From: an uncultured bacterium
GTDB lineage: Bacteria > Verrucomicrobiota > Verrucomicrobiia > Limisphaerales > UBA8199
Assembly: GCA_963749495.1 (NCBI GenBank)
Contig: CAVVMW010000021.1
Coordinates: 320,001 to 384,000 of the forward strand
DNA: 64,000 nucleotides
Direction of reading: 5' to 3'
A program made the translations under genes and the position numbers. Of this stretch, positions 1 to 10,136 are shown one piece after another. Below the pieces are notes generated by a model that searched no databases, was not told where the DNA came from, and saw only the letters and a program-made list of their open reading frames with translations. Position 1 is the first letter of the stretch. Every line of letters begins with the position of its first letter.

Positions 1-966
1 GGGACGCCATGCCTGATGCCGGCCTGGGCGTTGCCGGAGAGACTCAACGGCGAGTGGGTGCTCCGTTCCAAGCCCGGCGGGCGTGTTATCGCCCGGATGC
101 CGGAGGGCGTGTTGTATTTCGAGCAGGCCTGTTTTCCCTTCCTGGACCACGAAGACCTCGACCAGGTCGAGGCCGAGCTGTCCGGGTGTATGTGGGCGGC
201 GATCGCCTCTCCGCCCGGACCCATCACGGCGGGGGAGGGGGGCGCAGCCATCCTGGCCGAGGGCGCCCGCGCCTTGCGCCGCCAGAGCGACCGCGCCATC
301 CTGGGCCTGTTTGGCGGCAACTTCCTCGAACTGGGCCAATGGTTCTATCGCAACGACAACTTCTTCATGTTGCTGGCGGGCGAACCGGAGCGGGCCCACC
401 GCTTCCTGGATCGGTTGCTCCAAATCCACGTCCGCAACCTCGACCGTTTCCTGGGCGCCGTGGCCGGCTCAATCAACATCATCGTTTTCGGCGACGACTT
501 GGGCATGCAGTCGGGTCCGCAGGTCTCGCCAGCGATGTACCGGGAGTTTTTCAAGCCGCGCGAACGCATCCTCTGGCGGCAGGTCAAGGAGCGGGCGCCC
601 CACCTCAAGATCATGCTCCACTGCTGCGGCGGCGTCCGCGAGTTGCTGCCCGACCTCATTGACGCCGGACTCGAAGCCATCAACCCGGTCCAGGTCACGT
701 GCCACGGGATGGACGCCCGGGGCCTGAAGGCCGATTTCGGAAGGCAGTTGACCTTTTGGGGCGGCGGGTGCGACACCCGCGAGATCCTCATCAAGGGCAC
801 TCCCGGCCAAGTCCGCGACCACGTCCGCCGCCAGGTCGAAATCCTAAGCCCGGGCGGCGGCTTCGTCTTCCAGCAAGTCCACAACATCCTGGCCGACGTG
901 CCCCCGGCAAATGTCGTGGCTATGTACGAGGCGGTCTCGGATCAGCGGCGGAAGCCGCGCCCGTAG
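1..966 (+). CDS. Uroporphyrinogen decarboxylase / MtaA-CmuA-like family protein (5' partial)
   Basis: Frame open from base 1; motifs FGDDLG, HCCG, NPVQ, FWGGG, GGGFVF..HNI typical of the URO-D-like superfamily. Confidence 0.85.
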   Translation, partial: GTPCLMPAWALPERLNGEWVLRSKPGGRVIARMPEGVLYFEQACFPFLDHEDLDQVEAELSGCMWAAIASPPGPITAGEGGAAILAEGARALRRQSDRAILGLFGGNFLELGQWFYRNDNFFMLLAGEPERAHRFLDRLLQIHVRNLDRFLGAVAGSINIIVFGDDLGMQSGPQVSPAMYREFFKPRERILWRQVKERAPHLKIMLHCCGGVRELLPDLIDAGLEAINPVQVTCHGMDARGLKADFGRQLTFWGGGCDTREILIKGTPGQVRDHVRRQVEILSPGGGFVFQQVHNILADVPPANVVAMYEAVSDQRRKPRP

Positions 967-1673
967 CGATAGTAGCCCCCGCCGAAGCCCCGCCCTCCCC
1001 AATATCCCCCGCGGCCGAAACCAAAGCCGATCGAGATTCCCGGGGAGAAATACGGCCCATAGTACCCATAGGAATAAGGAGCATAGTAGCCGTAGTAGGG
1101 GTTTATGGGCGGCGGGGAAGGGATGACGTAAAGGGAAGACGACGGCTGGGGGGCGGGCGGCGGCTTGGGGTAAACGGGCGCATATTGCGGGGCAGGCGCC
1201 GGGGCGGCCGGGGCCGGATAGGCCGGGGCGGGATAGGCCTGGGCCGCGGCCTCCTGCGCGGCGGCGGCCTGGGCGGCCGCTTCCTCTCCCACGTGGTTGC
1301 GCTGATTCATCATGGTGGTGAGCACGCGCTCGGAAACACCCTGGTTGCGCAAATAGACAATGTCGTTGGCGCGCAGGTTATAGACGGTGCCCGAGTTCAG
1401 GACAAAGTTGATGACGAGGTCCTCGCCGACCTGGGCCTTGGTGAGCTTGAGGACATCGTCCACCCCGTATGGCAGTCTGGCGGGGGCGGCTTGGACAGCC
1501 GATGGGGCCGGGGCCGGCGCTGGCGCGGGGGCCTGGACGACCGCAGGGGCGGGGGCGGCCTCAGCCGGAGGGGCATTTGTGTCTTCACCCTCGGCGAAAG
1601 CGGCGGAGACGGGGAGAAGTGACATGGCACTGGCCACCGCCAGGAAGAGGGCTCGAGCCGTCGGTCTTTTCAT
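942..1673 (-). CDS. Secreted Pro/Ala/Tyr-rich hypothetical protein
   Basis: Signal peptide; small domain (DVLKLTKAQVGEDLVINFV...GVSERV) flanked by low-complexity sequence. Confidence 0.7.
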   Translation of the reverse strand: MKRPTARALFLAVASAMSLLPVSAAFAEGEDTNAPPAEAAPAPAVVQAPAPAPAPAPSAVQAAPARLPYGVDDVLKLTKAQVGEDLVINFVLNSGTVYNLRANDIVYLRNQGVSERVLTTMMNQRNHVGEEAAAQAAAAQEAAAQAYPAPAYPAPAAPAPAPQYAPVYPKPPPAPQPSSSLYVIPSPPPINPYYGYYAPYSYGYYGPYFSPGISIGFGFGRGGYWGGRGFGGGYYRYGRGFRR

Positions 1674-1882
1674 AAAAACAGCCTTTCAACAGTTCTCGTT
1701 TACATATCCACTATGGCCGGAACGGACCGCCCGGTCAAGCAGGGACCGGTTGCACGTTCATCCTGCGATCCGTTCTGTGCTCTATAACACCGAGTCTTTG
1801 GACGAGTTGCGCATCGGGGGTATTCGAGGGCGGCGGAGAAACGGGTGCGATTAAGAGCTTCGGGCATGCGCCTCGGGAGTTT

Positions 1883-2072
1883 TGTCCCGGAGGGACATCC
1901 GACAATAGCCCGGCGTTTCAACGCCGGGGAGGCCACAAAAGGGACCCTCGTCCCGAAGGGACGACTGAAAACACTCCTCGCTTTCAGCCGTCCCTTCGGG
2001 ACGGACCCTCTCCTTGGGTCCGCTCACCCGGCGTTGAAACGCCGGGCTATTGTCGAAAGCCCCTTCGGGGCA
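1883..2072. repeat. REP/REPIN-like long palindrome
   Basis: Perfect 28-bp inverted repeat GACAATAGCCCGGCGTTTCAACGCCGGG (1901-1928 / 2027-2054), with inner GTCCCGAAGGGAC hairpins. Confidence 0.85.
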
Positions 2073-2168
2073 GAAAGGCGCCGTGGACTGACCGACAGTT
2101 TTTAAGGTGCAGCGCTTCAGGGCCGCGCTTTTTGTTGTCAACGGCAGATACATCCATTATCCATCAGC

Positions 2169-2318
2169 GTAACTGTTCAGGTGGTGACGCGTGGGGCAGA
2201 CCTCCGGTCTGCCGGTTGCAGGGGCCTCTGGCCCCGAGCCTCGGAACTGCAAAGAACACGGAGCCGGAGGCTCCGTGAACCGGCAGACCAGAGGTCTGCC
2301 CCACACCTGAACAGTTAC
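2169..2318. mobile_element. 150-bp MITE with 15-bp terminal inverted repeats and 8-bp target-site duplication
   Basis: Ends GTAACTGTTCAGGTG / CACCTGAACAGTTAC; CCATCAGC duplicated at 2161-2168 and 2319-2326; internal REP-like doublet. Confidence 0.85.
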
Positions 2319-2366
2319 CCATCAGCAACCGGGCCAAATGAGAAGGTTGGCGGCGCGCTCCAATTT

Positions 2367-3362
2367 ATGAAGAAGCTGAAGATCGCCCAATTCGGGCTTG
2401 GCCCCATCGGGGTCGAGACGTTGAAACTGGCGGCAACCAGGCCGTGGGCCGGGGTTGTCGGGGCCGTGGACATTGCCCCCGACAAGGTTGGGCGCGACCT
2501 TGGGCAAGTGACGGGGAGCAAGAGTCTCAAAGGCAGGCGAGTCTTCGGTTCGCTGGAGGAGGTGGTCGCGCAGACCAGGCCGGACTTGGTCTTTCACACG
2601 GCCGTCTCCAGGTTCGAGGAGGCCTTCGAACACCTCGCGTCAATGGCCAGGCTCGGCATCAATGTGGTCTCCTCGTGCGAGGAGTTGGTCTTCCCGCAAC
2701 TGCGGCATCCGCGCCTGGCCCGCAGCCTGGACCGGGTTTGCAAGGCCGGCGGCGCGCGCGTCCTGGGCACGGGCGTCAATCCCGGGTTCGTCATGGACGT
2801 CCTGCCCCTGCTGCTGACCTCGGTGACGCGCGACGTCTGCTCCGTCCACGTCCAGCGCGTGGTCAATGCCTCGACGCGGCGCGGGCCGCTCCAAAAGAAG
2901 ATCGGCAGCGGCCAACCGCCCGAGGTCTTCGGGCGCCTGCTCAAACAGGGCAAGGCCGGCCACGCCGGCTTGAAGGAGTCTGCGGCCCTTATCGCCCATT
3001 GCCTGGGATGGGAGCCGGTCCGGTTCATCGAGACGTCCCAGCCCATCGTCGCCCCTTACGACCTGCGCACCGCCTTTTTCGAGGTCAAGCGGGGCCAGAC
3101 CTGCGGCATTCACCAGCGCGTCGAGGCCCGGGTCAAGGGTGTCCAGTGCCTGACACTGGACCTCCAGATGTGCCTGGATGCCGAAGACCCCCATGACGCC
3201 ATCCAGATCGAGGGCGACCCGACGATCCAGGTGCTCATCCCGGGTGGCGTGCCGGGCGATGCCGCAACCGCAGCCGCCCTGGTCCACGTCGTCCCGCGCC
3301 TGCTGGAGGCCCCGCCCGGCCTCCGGCTCATGACGGACCTGGCTCTGCCCAGGTTCGGCTAA
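2367..3362 (+). CDS. NAD(P)-dependent amine dehydrogenase, dihydrodipicolinate reductase-like / 2,4-diaminopentanoate dehydrogenase family
   Basis: GLGPIG Rossmann motif, SSCEEL, GTGVNPGFVMD, GGVPGDAATAA; start trimmed to ATG 2367. Confidence 0.8.
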   Translation: MKKLKIAQFGLGPIGVETLKLAATRPWAGVVGAVDIAPDKVGRDLGQVTGSKSLKGRRVFGSLEEVVAQTRPDLVFHTAVSRFEEAFEHLASMARLGINVVSSCEELVFPQLRHPRLARSLDRVCKAGGARVLGTGVNPGFVMDVLPLLLTSVTRDVCSVHVQRVVNASTRRGPLQKKIGSGQPPEVFGRLLKQGKAGHAGLKESAALIAHCLGWEPVRFIETSQPIVAPYDLRTAFFEVKRGQTCGIHQRVEARVKGVQCLTLDLQMCLDAEDPHDAIQIEGDPTIQVLIPGGVPGDAATAAALVHVVPRLLEAPPGLRLMTDLALPRFG

Positions 3363-3370
3363 CCCCTCCG

Positions 3371-3739
3371 ATGGCCTGGAAGCGCAAAGTCAAGGGCGGG
3401 GTCCTGGCAGGAGTCGGTTACATGCTCTCGCCGCTGTCGTGGTGGAACGACCTCTTCGTCAATGTCCCGCTGGCGCTGGTCTTTGCCTGGGTGGTCAGCC
3501 TCTTCTACAAGCCCGCGTTCCAGGCCAGCCTGGTCATTGGCTACTGGCTCACTAACATCCTGGGCCTGGTCCTCCTGCACAAAGGCGCCGAGCAGCTCCT
3601 GACCGAAAACGAGCGAAAATACTCGCTGCGCCACCTGGCGCGGGACCTGGCCATTTCCCTGCTCTACACCGCGTTGATCCTCCTCCTGGTGAAGGCGGGG
3701 GTGTTGAAGCCCGTCGAGAGTTATTTCCCGGCAAGGTGA
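3371..3739 (+). CDS. Small membrane hypothetical protein
   Basis: 122 aa, several hydrophobic segments, GYMLSPLSWWND motif. Confidence 0.7.
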   Translation: MAWKRKVKGGVLAGVGYMLSPLSWWNDLFVNVPLALVFAWVVSLFYKPAFQASLVIGYWLTNILGLVLLHKGAEQLLTENERKYSLRHLARDLAISLLYTALILLLVKAGVLKPVESYFPAR

Positions 3740-3805
3740 GCCCACCAAATCCGGGACGAATCGGACCTGTCGGACCGGTCTGACGCGTCTGAGGCGTCCA
3801 ACTCG

Positions 3806-5029
3806 TCACCCAATAAACGCCGCGTGTACCGCCCTCAGGGCCTGCTCGGCCTTGGCGAGGTCCACTACGACGGAGATCTTGATCTCGCTGGTGGAAATCA
3901 TTTCGATGTTGATCCCTTCGCGGGCGAGCGTCTCGAAGAGTTTGCCCGCCACGCCGGTGTGGGTCTTCATGCCCACGCCCACGATCGAGAGCTTGGCGAT
4001 GTTGTCGGTGGCGATGACCTTGCCGAAGCTCATCTCGGGCTTGAGGCCATCGATGACCTTCTGGGCCTTGAGCAGGTCCGGTTTATCCACTGTAAACGAC
4101 AGGTCTGTGGCGCCCGGCATGCCGGAGTTGCCGTGGCTGAAGTTCTGCACGATCATGTCCACGTTGATGGCCGCATCGCCGATGGCCTTGAAGATGCGGG
4201 CGGCGATGCCCGGCTTGTCCGGCACGGCCACGAGCGTGACTTTGGCCTGGTTCTTGTCGAGCGAGACTCCCCGCACGACAATGTCCTCCATGTTCTTGGT
4301 TTCCTCTTTCACAATGGTTCCTGGGTTTTCATTGAGGCTGGAGCGTACTTCGAAGACGACTCCAAATTTTTTTGCGAACTCGACCGAACGCGACTGCATG
4401 ACCTTGGCGCCGAGGCTGGCCAATTCGAGCATCTCGTCATAAGAGATCTCGTCGAGCTTCCTGGCCTGGGGCACCAGTCGGGGGTCGGCGGTATAGACCC
4501 CGTCCACGTCGGTGTAAATCTGGCACAGGTCGGCCTTGAGGGTGGCGGCCAGCGCGATGGCCGTGAGGTCCGAACCGCCGCGTCCGAGCGTGGTGATCTG
4601 GCCCTCGAGGGTCTGGCCCTGGAACCCGGCCACGATGACCACTTTGCCCTGGCCCAGCAGTTCGTGGATTTTCCTGGGGGTGATGTTCTGAATCTTGGCC
4701 TTAGTGTGGACGCCGTCGGTCACGATGCCCGCCTGCGCCCCCGTGAGCGACACGGCCGGAATGTCCAGCGCGTGCAGGGCGATCGCCGTCAAGGCAATTG
4801 TCGTTTGCTCCCCCGTGGCCAGCAGCACGTCCATCTCCCGCTCGTTGGGCAGGGGCATGATCTCCTTGGCCAGCTTGATCAAATTGTCCGTCACGCCGCT
4901 CATGGCCGAAACGACCACGACAACCTTCTCGCCTTTGGTGTAATACCGGGCCACGCGCGAGGCCACGTTGCGGATGCGGTCCGGATTGGCCACCGACGTG
5001 CCGCCATACTTTTGTACAATCAATGCCAT
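3806..5029 (-). CDS. lysC: Aspartate kinase
   Basis: MALIVQKYGGTSV, TTLGRGGSD, DVDGVYTADP, two ACT domains. Confidence 0.97.
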   Translation of the reverse strand: MALIVQKYGGTSVANPDRIRNVASRVARYYTKGEKVVVVVSAMSGVTDNLIKLAKEIMPLPNEREMDVLLATGEQTTIALTAIALHALDIPAVSLTGAQAGIVTDGVHTKAKIQNITPRKIHELLGQGKVVIVAGFQGQTLEGQITTLGRGGSDLTAIALAATLKADLCQIYTDVDGVYTADPRLVPQARKLDEISYDEMLELASLGAKVMQSRSVEFAKKFGVVFEVRSSLNENPGTIVKEETKNMEDIVVRGVSLDKNQAKVTLVAVPDKPGIAARIFKAIGDAAINVDMIVQNFSHGNSGMPGATDLSFTVDKPDLLKAQKVIDGLKPEMSFGKVIATDNIAKLSIVGVGMKTHTGVAGKLFETLAREGINIEMISTSEIKISVVVDLAKAEQALRAVHAAFIG

Positions 5030-5079
5030 AACCGGCTTAGATTATGCGCAAGTGCGGCCACTTGACACGCCTTTTCTGC

Positions 5080-6555
5080 TCAACTGAAGTCCTCCACCCG
5101 GATGCGGACCGGGGGCGCCTTGACCACCGCCAGCCTGCCGATCTGGCCCAGGGCCCGTTCCACCGCCCCGTTGGGCGCATCGTGCAGCATCAGGATGAGC
5201 GGCACCCCCTGGCCGGGATGGCCCTCGGGCTGTATCACCGACGAAATGCCGATCCGCGCGGCGCCAAAGATTTTGGCTATCTTTGCCAGCGTGCCCGGCA
5301 CGTCCAGGACGTTGAGCCGCACGAAGCAGCGCGACACCACCTCCGCGATCGGCGCCACCGCCCCGTCCCGCTCATGCGGCACAAACGGGGGCAGGCGGTG
5401 CTTGGTGCCGAACTTGAGGTCCAGCGCCGCGTCCGCCAGATCGCTCAGCACCGCGCTGGCCGTGGCGTCCTTGCCCGCGCCCCGCCCGTAGAAGAGCGTG
5501 TCCCCAACAATGTCCCCGCGCACAAAGACCGCGTTAAAGACGTCGTTGACGCTGGCCAGGACGTGGCTGTTGGGCACGAGCGTCGGATAGACCGACACCT
5601 GGATGCGCGCCCCGCCGCGCCCCTCCGCCCTCCGTCCTCCGTCTTCCGTCCTCCGCCCTCCGTCTTCCGTCCTCCGCCCTCCGTCCTCTGCCCTCCGCCC
5701 TCCGCCCTCCGTCCTCCGTCCTCCGCCCTCCGTCCTCCGCCCTCCGCCCTCCGTCCTCCGCCCTCCGCCCTCCGTCCTCCGCCCTCCGTCTTCCGCCTTG
5801 ATGATCCCCAGCAGCTTGATCGTGTAGCCCAGTTGCGCGGCAAACCGGATGTCCATCTGCGTGATGGACCGGATGCCTTCCACATAGATGTCCTTGGGGT
5901 TGACCCAAAACCCATGGGCCAGCGAGGCCAGAATGCCGATCTTGTGGAGGGCGTCATGGCCGTCCACGTCCAGCGACGGCTCCGCCTCGGCGTAGCCGTG
6001 GGCCTGGGCGTCCTTGAGGACGGCGTCAAAATCCGCCCCCTCGTGTTTCATGCGAGTGAGGATGTAATTGCAGGTCCCGTTGACGATGCCATAGAGTTGG
6101 GTGATGCGATTGCCGACGAACCCCTCGCGCAGCGACTTGATGATCGGGATGCCGCCGCACACGCTCGCTTCGTAGTAAAGGTTGGTTCCATACTGCCGGG
6201 CGGCGGCGAAGAGTTCCTCGCCGTGCGCCGAGAGCAGCGCCTTGTTGGCCGTGATGACCGGCTTGCCCAGCTTGAGCGCCGCCAGGATGATGGACCGGGC
6301 CAGCGTGAGGCCTCCCACCAGTTCGGTGACGACGTCCACCTGCGGGTCGTTGACCACACCCTGCCAATCGGTCGTCAGCCACCGCGCCGCAATCTCGTAG
6401 GGCCGCGGCTCGTCCAAGGCCTTGACTGCCACTTTGCGCACGTTGACCCTCACACCGATGCGCGAGGCCATCAGATCGCCGTTGACCTGCAGGGCGTGAA
6501 ACACGCCGCTGCCCACCGTGCCGCCCCCAATCATGCCCAAATTCACTTGCTGCAT
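5080..6555 (-). CDS. hom: Homoserine dehydrogenase with in-frame repeat insertion
   Basis: GGGTVG, TANKA, YEASVCGGIP, NGTCNYIL, GRGAGKDATASAV, C-terminal ACT; start trimmed to ATG at 6555. Confidence 0.95.
   Translation of the reverse strand: MQQVNLGMIGGGTVGSGVFHALQVNGDLMASRIGVRVNVRKVAVKALDEPRPYEIAARWLTTDWQGVVNDPQVDVVTELVGGLTLARSIILAALKLGKPVITANKALLSAHGEELFAAARQYGTNLYYEASVCGGIPIIKSLREGFVGNRITQLYGIVNGTCNYILTRMKHEGADFDAVLKDAQAHGYAEAEPSLDVDGHDALHKIGILASLAHGFWVNPKDIYVEGIRSITQMDIRFAAQLGYTIKLLGIIKAEDGGRRTEGGGRRTEGGGRRTEGGGRRTEGGGRRAEDGGRRTEDGGRRTEDGGRRAEGRGGARIQVSVYPTLVPNSHVLASVNDVFNAVFVRGDIVGDTLFYGRGAGKDATASAVLSDLADAALDLKFGTKHRLPPFVPHERDGAVAPIAEVVSRCFVRLNVLDVPGTLAKIAKIFGAARIGISSVIQPEGHPGQGVPLILMLHDAPNGAVERALGQIGRLAVVKAPPVRIRVEDFS
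5621..5797. repeat. Heptamer tandem array (CCGYCCT)n, ~25 copies, inside hom
   Basis: Encodes eight E(D/G)GGRR(T/A) units in frame. Confidence 0.95.
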
Positions 6556-6647
6556 AATAAGTCGCCCAGCTTGCCGCGATCCGAGGCCCGGGACAATGCA
6601 TTTTTGCGGCCCCGCGCAAGGCCGCAGTGCAGGTGGGAACGTCACTG

Positions 6648-6807
6648 GGGCAGACCCCTCACCCCGGCCCTCTCCCCTTCGGAAGGGGAGAGGGAGAGTT
6701 CTCCGTAGCGCTTTGAGGAAGCGAAGGCGCCGGAAAGCTCCCGAGACTGCCAACGCCTCTCCCTCTCCCCGTCGGACGGGGAGAGGGTTGGGGTGAGGGG
6801 TCCGCCC
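6648..6807. repeat. REP doublet family A (CCCCTCACCCC...CCCTCTCCCC...GGGGAGAGGG), copy 1
   Basis: Inverted pair of hairpins; homologous copies at 20567, 28114 and 31632. Confidence 0.85.
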
Positions 6808-6894
6808 GGCACTCCGTCTCCGGCTTCACTGATCGATTACGTCCGCGCCGCTATTCTTCTTGACCGGCGACACAGGGGCTTTCATTTTCGGCAA

Positions 6895-8346
6895 GTGTTG
6901 AGAAAGATAGTATTGGTTTGGGTGCTGGCGGCGTGGCTGGTTCCGGCGCCGGGTGCGGAACCGGAGCGGTCGGTGGTGCAGATCATGACGTTTGCGCAGC
7001 AGCCGGCCTGGGACAGTCCATGGCGGTTCGACACGGTGCGGCGGGTGGGCGGCTCGGGTTTTGTCATCAAGGGCAAACGGGTCATGACCAACGCGCACGT
7101 GGTGAGCTGGGCGCGCCAGATCATCCTGCGCCGTTACCAGGACCCGCGCCCGTATCTGGCGGAGGTGGAGTACGTGGGCCACGACTGCGACCTGGCAGTG
7201 ATGAGCGTGGCGGACGGGCGTTTTTTCGAGGGCCTGGAGCCGCTGGAGTTTGGGGTGCTGCCCCAAGTGCGCTCGACGGTGGTCACTTACGGTTACCCGG
7301 CGGGCGGGGAGGAGATCTCCTACACGCGGGGGGTGGTGTCGCGGATCGAGCTGGAGACCTACGCGCACATTGGCAACCGGCATCTGCTGAGCGCACAGAC
7401 CGACGCGGCAATCAACCCGGGGAACAGCGGCGGGCCGGTCATCCAGGAGGACAAGGTGGTGGGCGTGGCGTTTCAAGGGATGCCGGGGCTGGAGAACGCG
7501 GGCTTTTTCATTCCGCCGCCGGTGATCGAGCATTTTCTGAAGGACATCGAGGACAAGCATTACGACGGCATTCCGCAGGCGGGGGTGCGTCTGGCCCAAC
7601 TCCAGAATCCGGCCTACCGGGCCCTGCTCAAGCTGCCGGACGATGCGCAGGGCGCGCGGGTGGACGGCCTGCTGCCGATTCCCAGCACCGAGAAGGTCCT
7701 CAAAGAGGAGGATGTGATTCTGCGAATCGGCTCGTTCGAGGTAGCGAGTGACAGCAAGATTCTTTACCAGGGAAATCGCGTGTCGGCGGCGCTGGCCTTT
7801 CAACTGGCCCAGGCAGGCGAGAGCGTTCCGCTGCAACTCTGGCGCGACGGGCGGCAGCAGGAGGTCTCGCTGCCGGTCTTTCCGTACACGGGTGACCGCG
7901 CCGCCGGCTACCAGCACGAGTCTTTGCCTCGTTATTTTGTGTATGGCGGACTGGTGTTCACGCCCTTGAGTCTCGATTACCTGAGGACCCAGGGGCGTCC
8001 TTCGGCCGATTCCTCGTCGAGCGAGCTCTACTACGAACTCTACTATCGGCGCTACGAAGACCCCAAGACGGCCCGCCCGGAGCCGGTGGTCCTGGCTTCG
8101 GTGCTGGCCGATGCCGTCAATGCCAACGTGGCCGTTCGGGGGCGGACGTTGGTGGACCGGATCAACGGGACCCGGATCGAGAGGCTCGAGGACGTGGTCC
8201 ACGCCTTCGAGGCCAGCACCAACGCCTACGAGGTGATTGAGTTCTTGCCCAATCACGTGGTCGAATGCCTGGATCGCGCCGAGACCGCCAAGGCCAATGC
8301 CGGCATTCTCAAGACCTATGGCGTGGGCAAGGACCGACGGCTGTGA
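6895..8346 (+). CDS. Deg/HtrA-type trypsin-like serine protease with PDZ domains
   Basis: GSGF, TNAHVV, DCDLA, DAAINPGNSGGP catalytic triad motifs; signal peptide; start uncertain. Confidence 0.9.
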   Translation: MLRKIVLVWVLAAWLVPAPGAEPERSVVQIMTFAQQPAWDSPWRFDTVRRVGGSGFVIKGKRVMTNAHVVSWARQIILRRYQDPRPYLAEVEYVGHDCDLAVMSVADGRFFEGLEPLEFGVLPQVRSTVVTYGYPAGGEEISYTRGVVSRIELETYAHIGNRHLLSAQTDAAINPGNSGGPVIQEDKVVGVAFQGMPGLENAGFFIPPPVIEHFLKDIEDKHYDGIPQAGVRLAQLQNPAYRALLKLPDDAQGARVDGLLPIPSTEKVLKEEDVILRIGSFEVASDSKILYQGNRVSAALAFQLAQAGESVPLQLWRDGRQQEVSLPVFPYTGDRAAGYQHESLPRYFVYGGLVFTPLSLDYLRTQGRPSADSSSSELYYELYYRRYEDPKTARPEPVVLASVLADAVNANVAVRGRTLVDRINGTRIERLEDVVHAFEASTNAYEVIEFLPNHVVECLDRAETAKANAGILKTYGVGKDRRL

Positions 8347-8347
8347 A

Positions 8348-8433
8348 GTGCGGAATGCGGAGTGCGGAGTGCGGAGTGCGGAATCCTTCGGGGGCAGGGG
8401 GGAATGACGAATGACGAATGACGAATGACGAAT
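8348..8433. repeat. Heptamer arrays (TGCGGAR)n and (ATGACGA)n
   Basis: Direct tandem 7-mers between the two protease genes. Confidence 0.85.
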
Positions 8434-8501
8434 GCAGATTTCAAAATGCGGGATGCGGGGCTTCGGCTTCGGATTCTGGAGAGGATGAGGTGCAGGAGAT
8501 T

Positions 8502-10005
8502 ATGTGCTCATATTTGACGAGGTTGAGGTGCGTGCTGGTGTTGCTGCTGGCGGTTCCGGTGGCGCGCGGCGCGGCCGGGGCGGCAGCGGAGGGCAAGGAT
8601 GAGAGATCGGTGTGGGAGTCGTCGATCGTGACGGTCGAGGTGGCGCGCAAGCAATATGATTATTACCAGCCCTGGAGCAAGGGCACGCGACGGCTGCAAA
8701 AGGCCGGGCTGGTCGTGGGGGAACGGGAGGTGCTGACGACGGCCGACGAGATGTTCGAGCGGACGCTGGTGCGGGTGCAGAAGGGGGGGCGCGGGCGGTG
8801 GTGGATTGGGGACGTGGCCTGGATAGATTACCACGCCAACCTGGCGCTGGTCACCGTTGCCGAGGCGGACTTTTGGCGCGGCCTCAGGCCGGCGGCGCTG
8901 GGCAGCGCGGCGCGGACCGAGGGAGCCATGAAGATTCTGAGGTGGCGCGAGGGCAACCTCGAGGACCGGCGGGCGGAGTTCACCCAGTTTCTCCGTGCGC
9001 GAGGGCCAGTTGAGCCCGGTCAACCAGGCGGTGCTCGAGGTCAGCTCCGAGATCCAGGGGGCGGGCTGGGGCGAGCCGGTGGTGGTCAATTCGCACGTGG
9101 CGGGGCTGCTGACGGCACAGGACGGGCGCAACAGCTATGCGATGCCGGGCTCGTTCATCCAGGCCGTGCTCGATGCCCGCCGCAAGGGCGCCTATCATGG
9201 CCTGGGTTTCTTCCACTTCTTTTGGGAGCCGGCCAAGAACCCGGCCACGCTGGCGCGGCTCGGCCTCACGGGCGAACCGCGAGGCGTCATCGTCATCCAC
9301 GTGCCCAGTCGCCCGGACGATTGCGAGCAGGTGGTCAAGCCCAACGACATTCTGTTGAACATCGACGGCTTCGATATCGATATCCAGGGCGACTACACGG
9401 ACCCGGAGTTCGGGCATTTGAGCCTGGAGGCCCTGGCAACGCGGCGCAAATGGGCGGGCGAGGACGTGAAGGTGCAGATCTGGCGCGACGGCAAGAGCAC
9501 GGACGTGAACTATCGGCTGCCGCGCTACGAGTACACCAACGCCCTGGTGCCTTACGCGGTGCACGACCAGGAGCCGGACTACTTGATTCTAGGCGGGCTT
9601 GTCTTCCAGCCCGTGACGGACAGCTACTTGCAGAGCTGGGGGCCGGAGTGGAAACGCAATGCGCCATTCCGCCTTTACTACTACAACAACGAGGAGCCGA
9701 CTCGGGAACGTCCGGCCCTGGTATTGCTCTCGCACGTGCTGCCGGATGCTTACAACATCGGCTACCAGGACCAAAAATACCTGGTGTTGGACAACGTCAA
9801 TGGACAGCGCGTCAACCGCCTCTCAGAGCTGCGCCAGGCCCTGCAAAAGCCTCAAGGCGGTTTCCACGTGCTCGATTTCGCGCGCGGCGACTCGCTCCGG
9901 CGCATCGTGCTGGCCGCTGGCAACGCCGAGCGCGAGGCCACAGCCCGGGTGCTCCGGCAATACGGCGTCAACCAGGCCAGCCGCATCGCGGCCCAGGCCA
10001 AGTGA
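8502..10005 (+). CDS. Deg-like PDZ protein, probably catalytically inactive; frameshift near 8990
   Basis: Two frames join into one paralog of the upstream gene (YLILGGLVFQP vs YFVYGGLVFTP); triad motifs degenerate. Confidence 0.8.
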
Positions 10006-10136
10006 GCCGGGGGCCAGACCAGTCCGACTGGTCCGACGCGCCAGGCGTCAAGGAAACCCCGCGCCCCAATCGCCATCCAGGATGTCCGCCGGACAGGCTT
10101 GCTTCGAAGCCATGTTTAACGTATGGTGTTAGCACT

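Noticed and set aside
1845..2153. Short ORFs overlapping REP palindromes here and at similar elements (for example 37017-37696, 45357-45828, 52793-53364)
   Set aside because: Translations of repeat DNA with no protein-family signal.
5044..6708. 554-aa plus-strand ORF with PPSSALR repeats
   Set aside because: Antisense shadow of hom.
6556..6894. Lysine, SAM or T-box leader upstream of hom-lysC
   Set aside because: The region is mostly a family-A REP doublet, and I could not recognise any riboswitch consensus.
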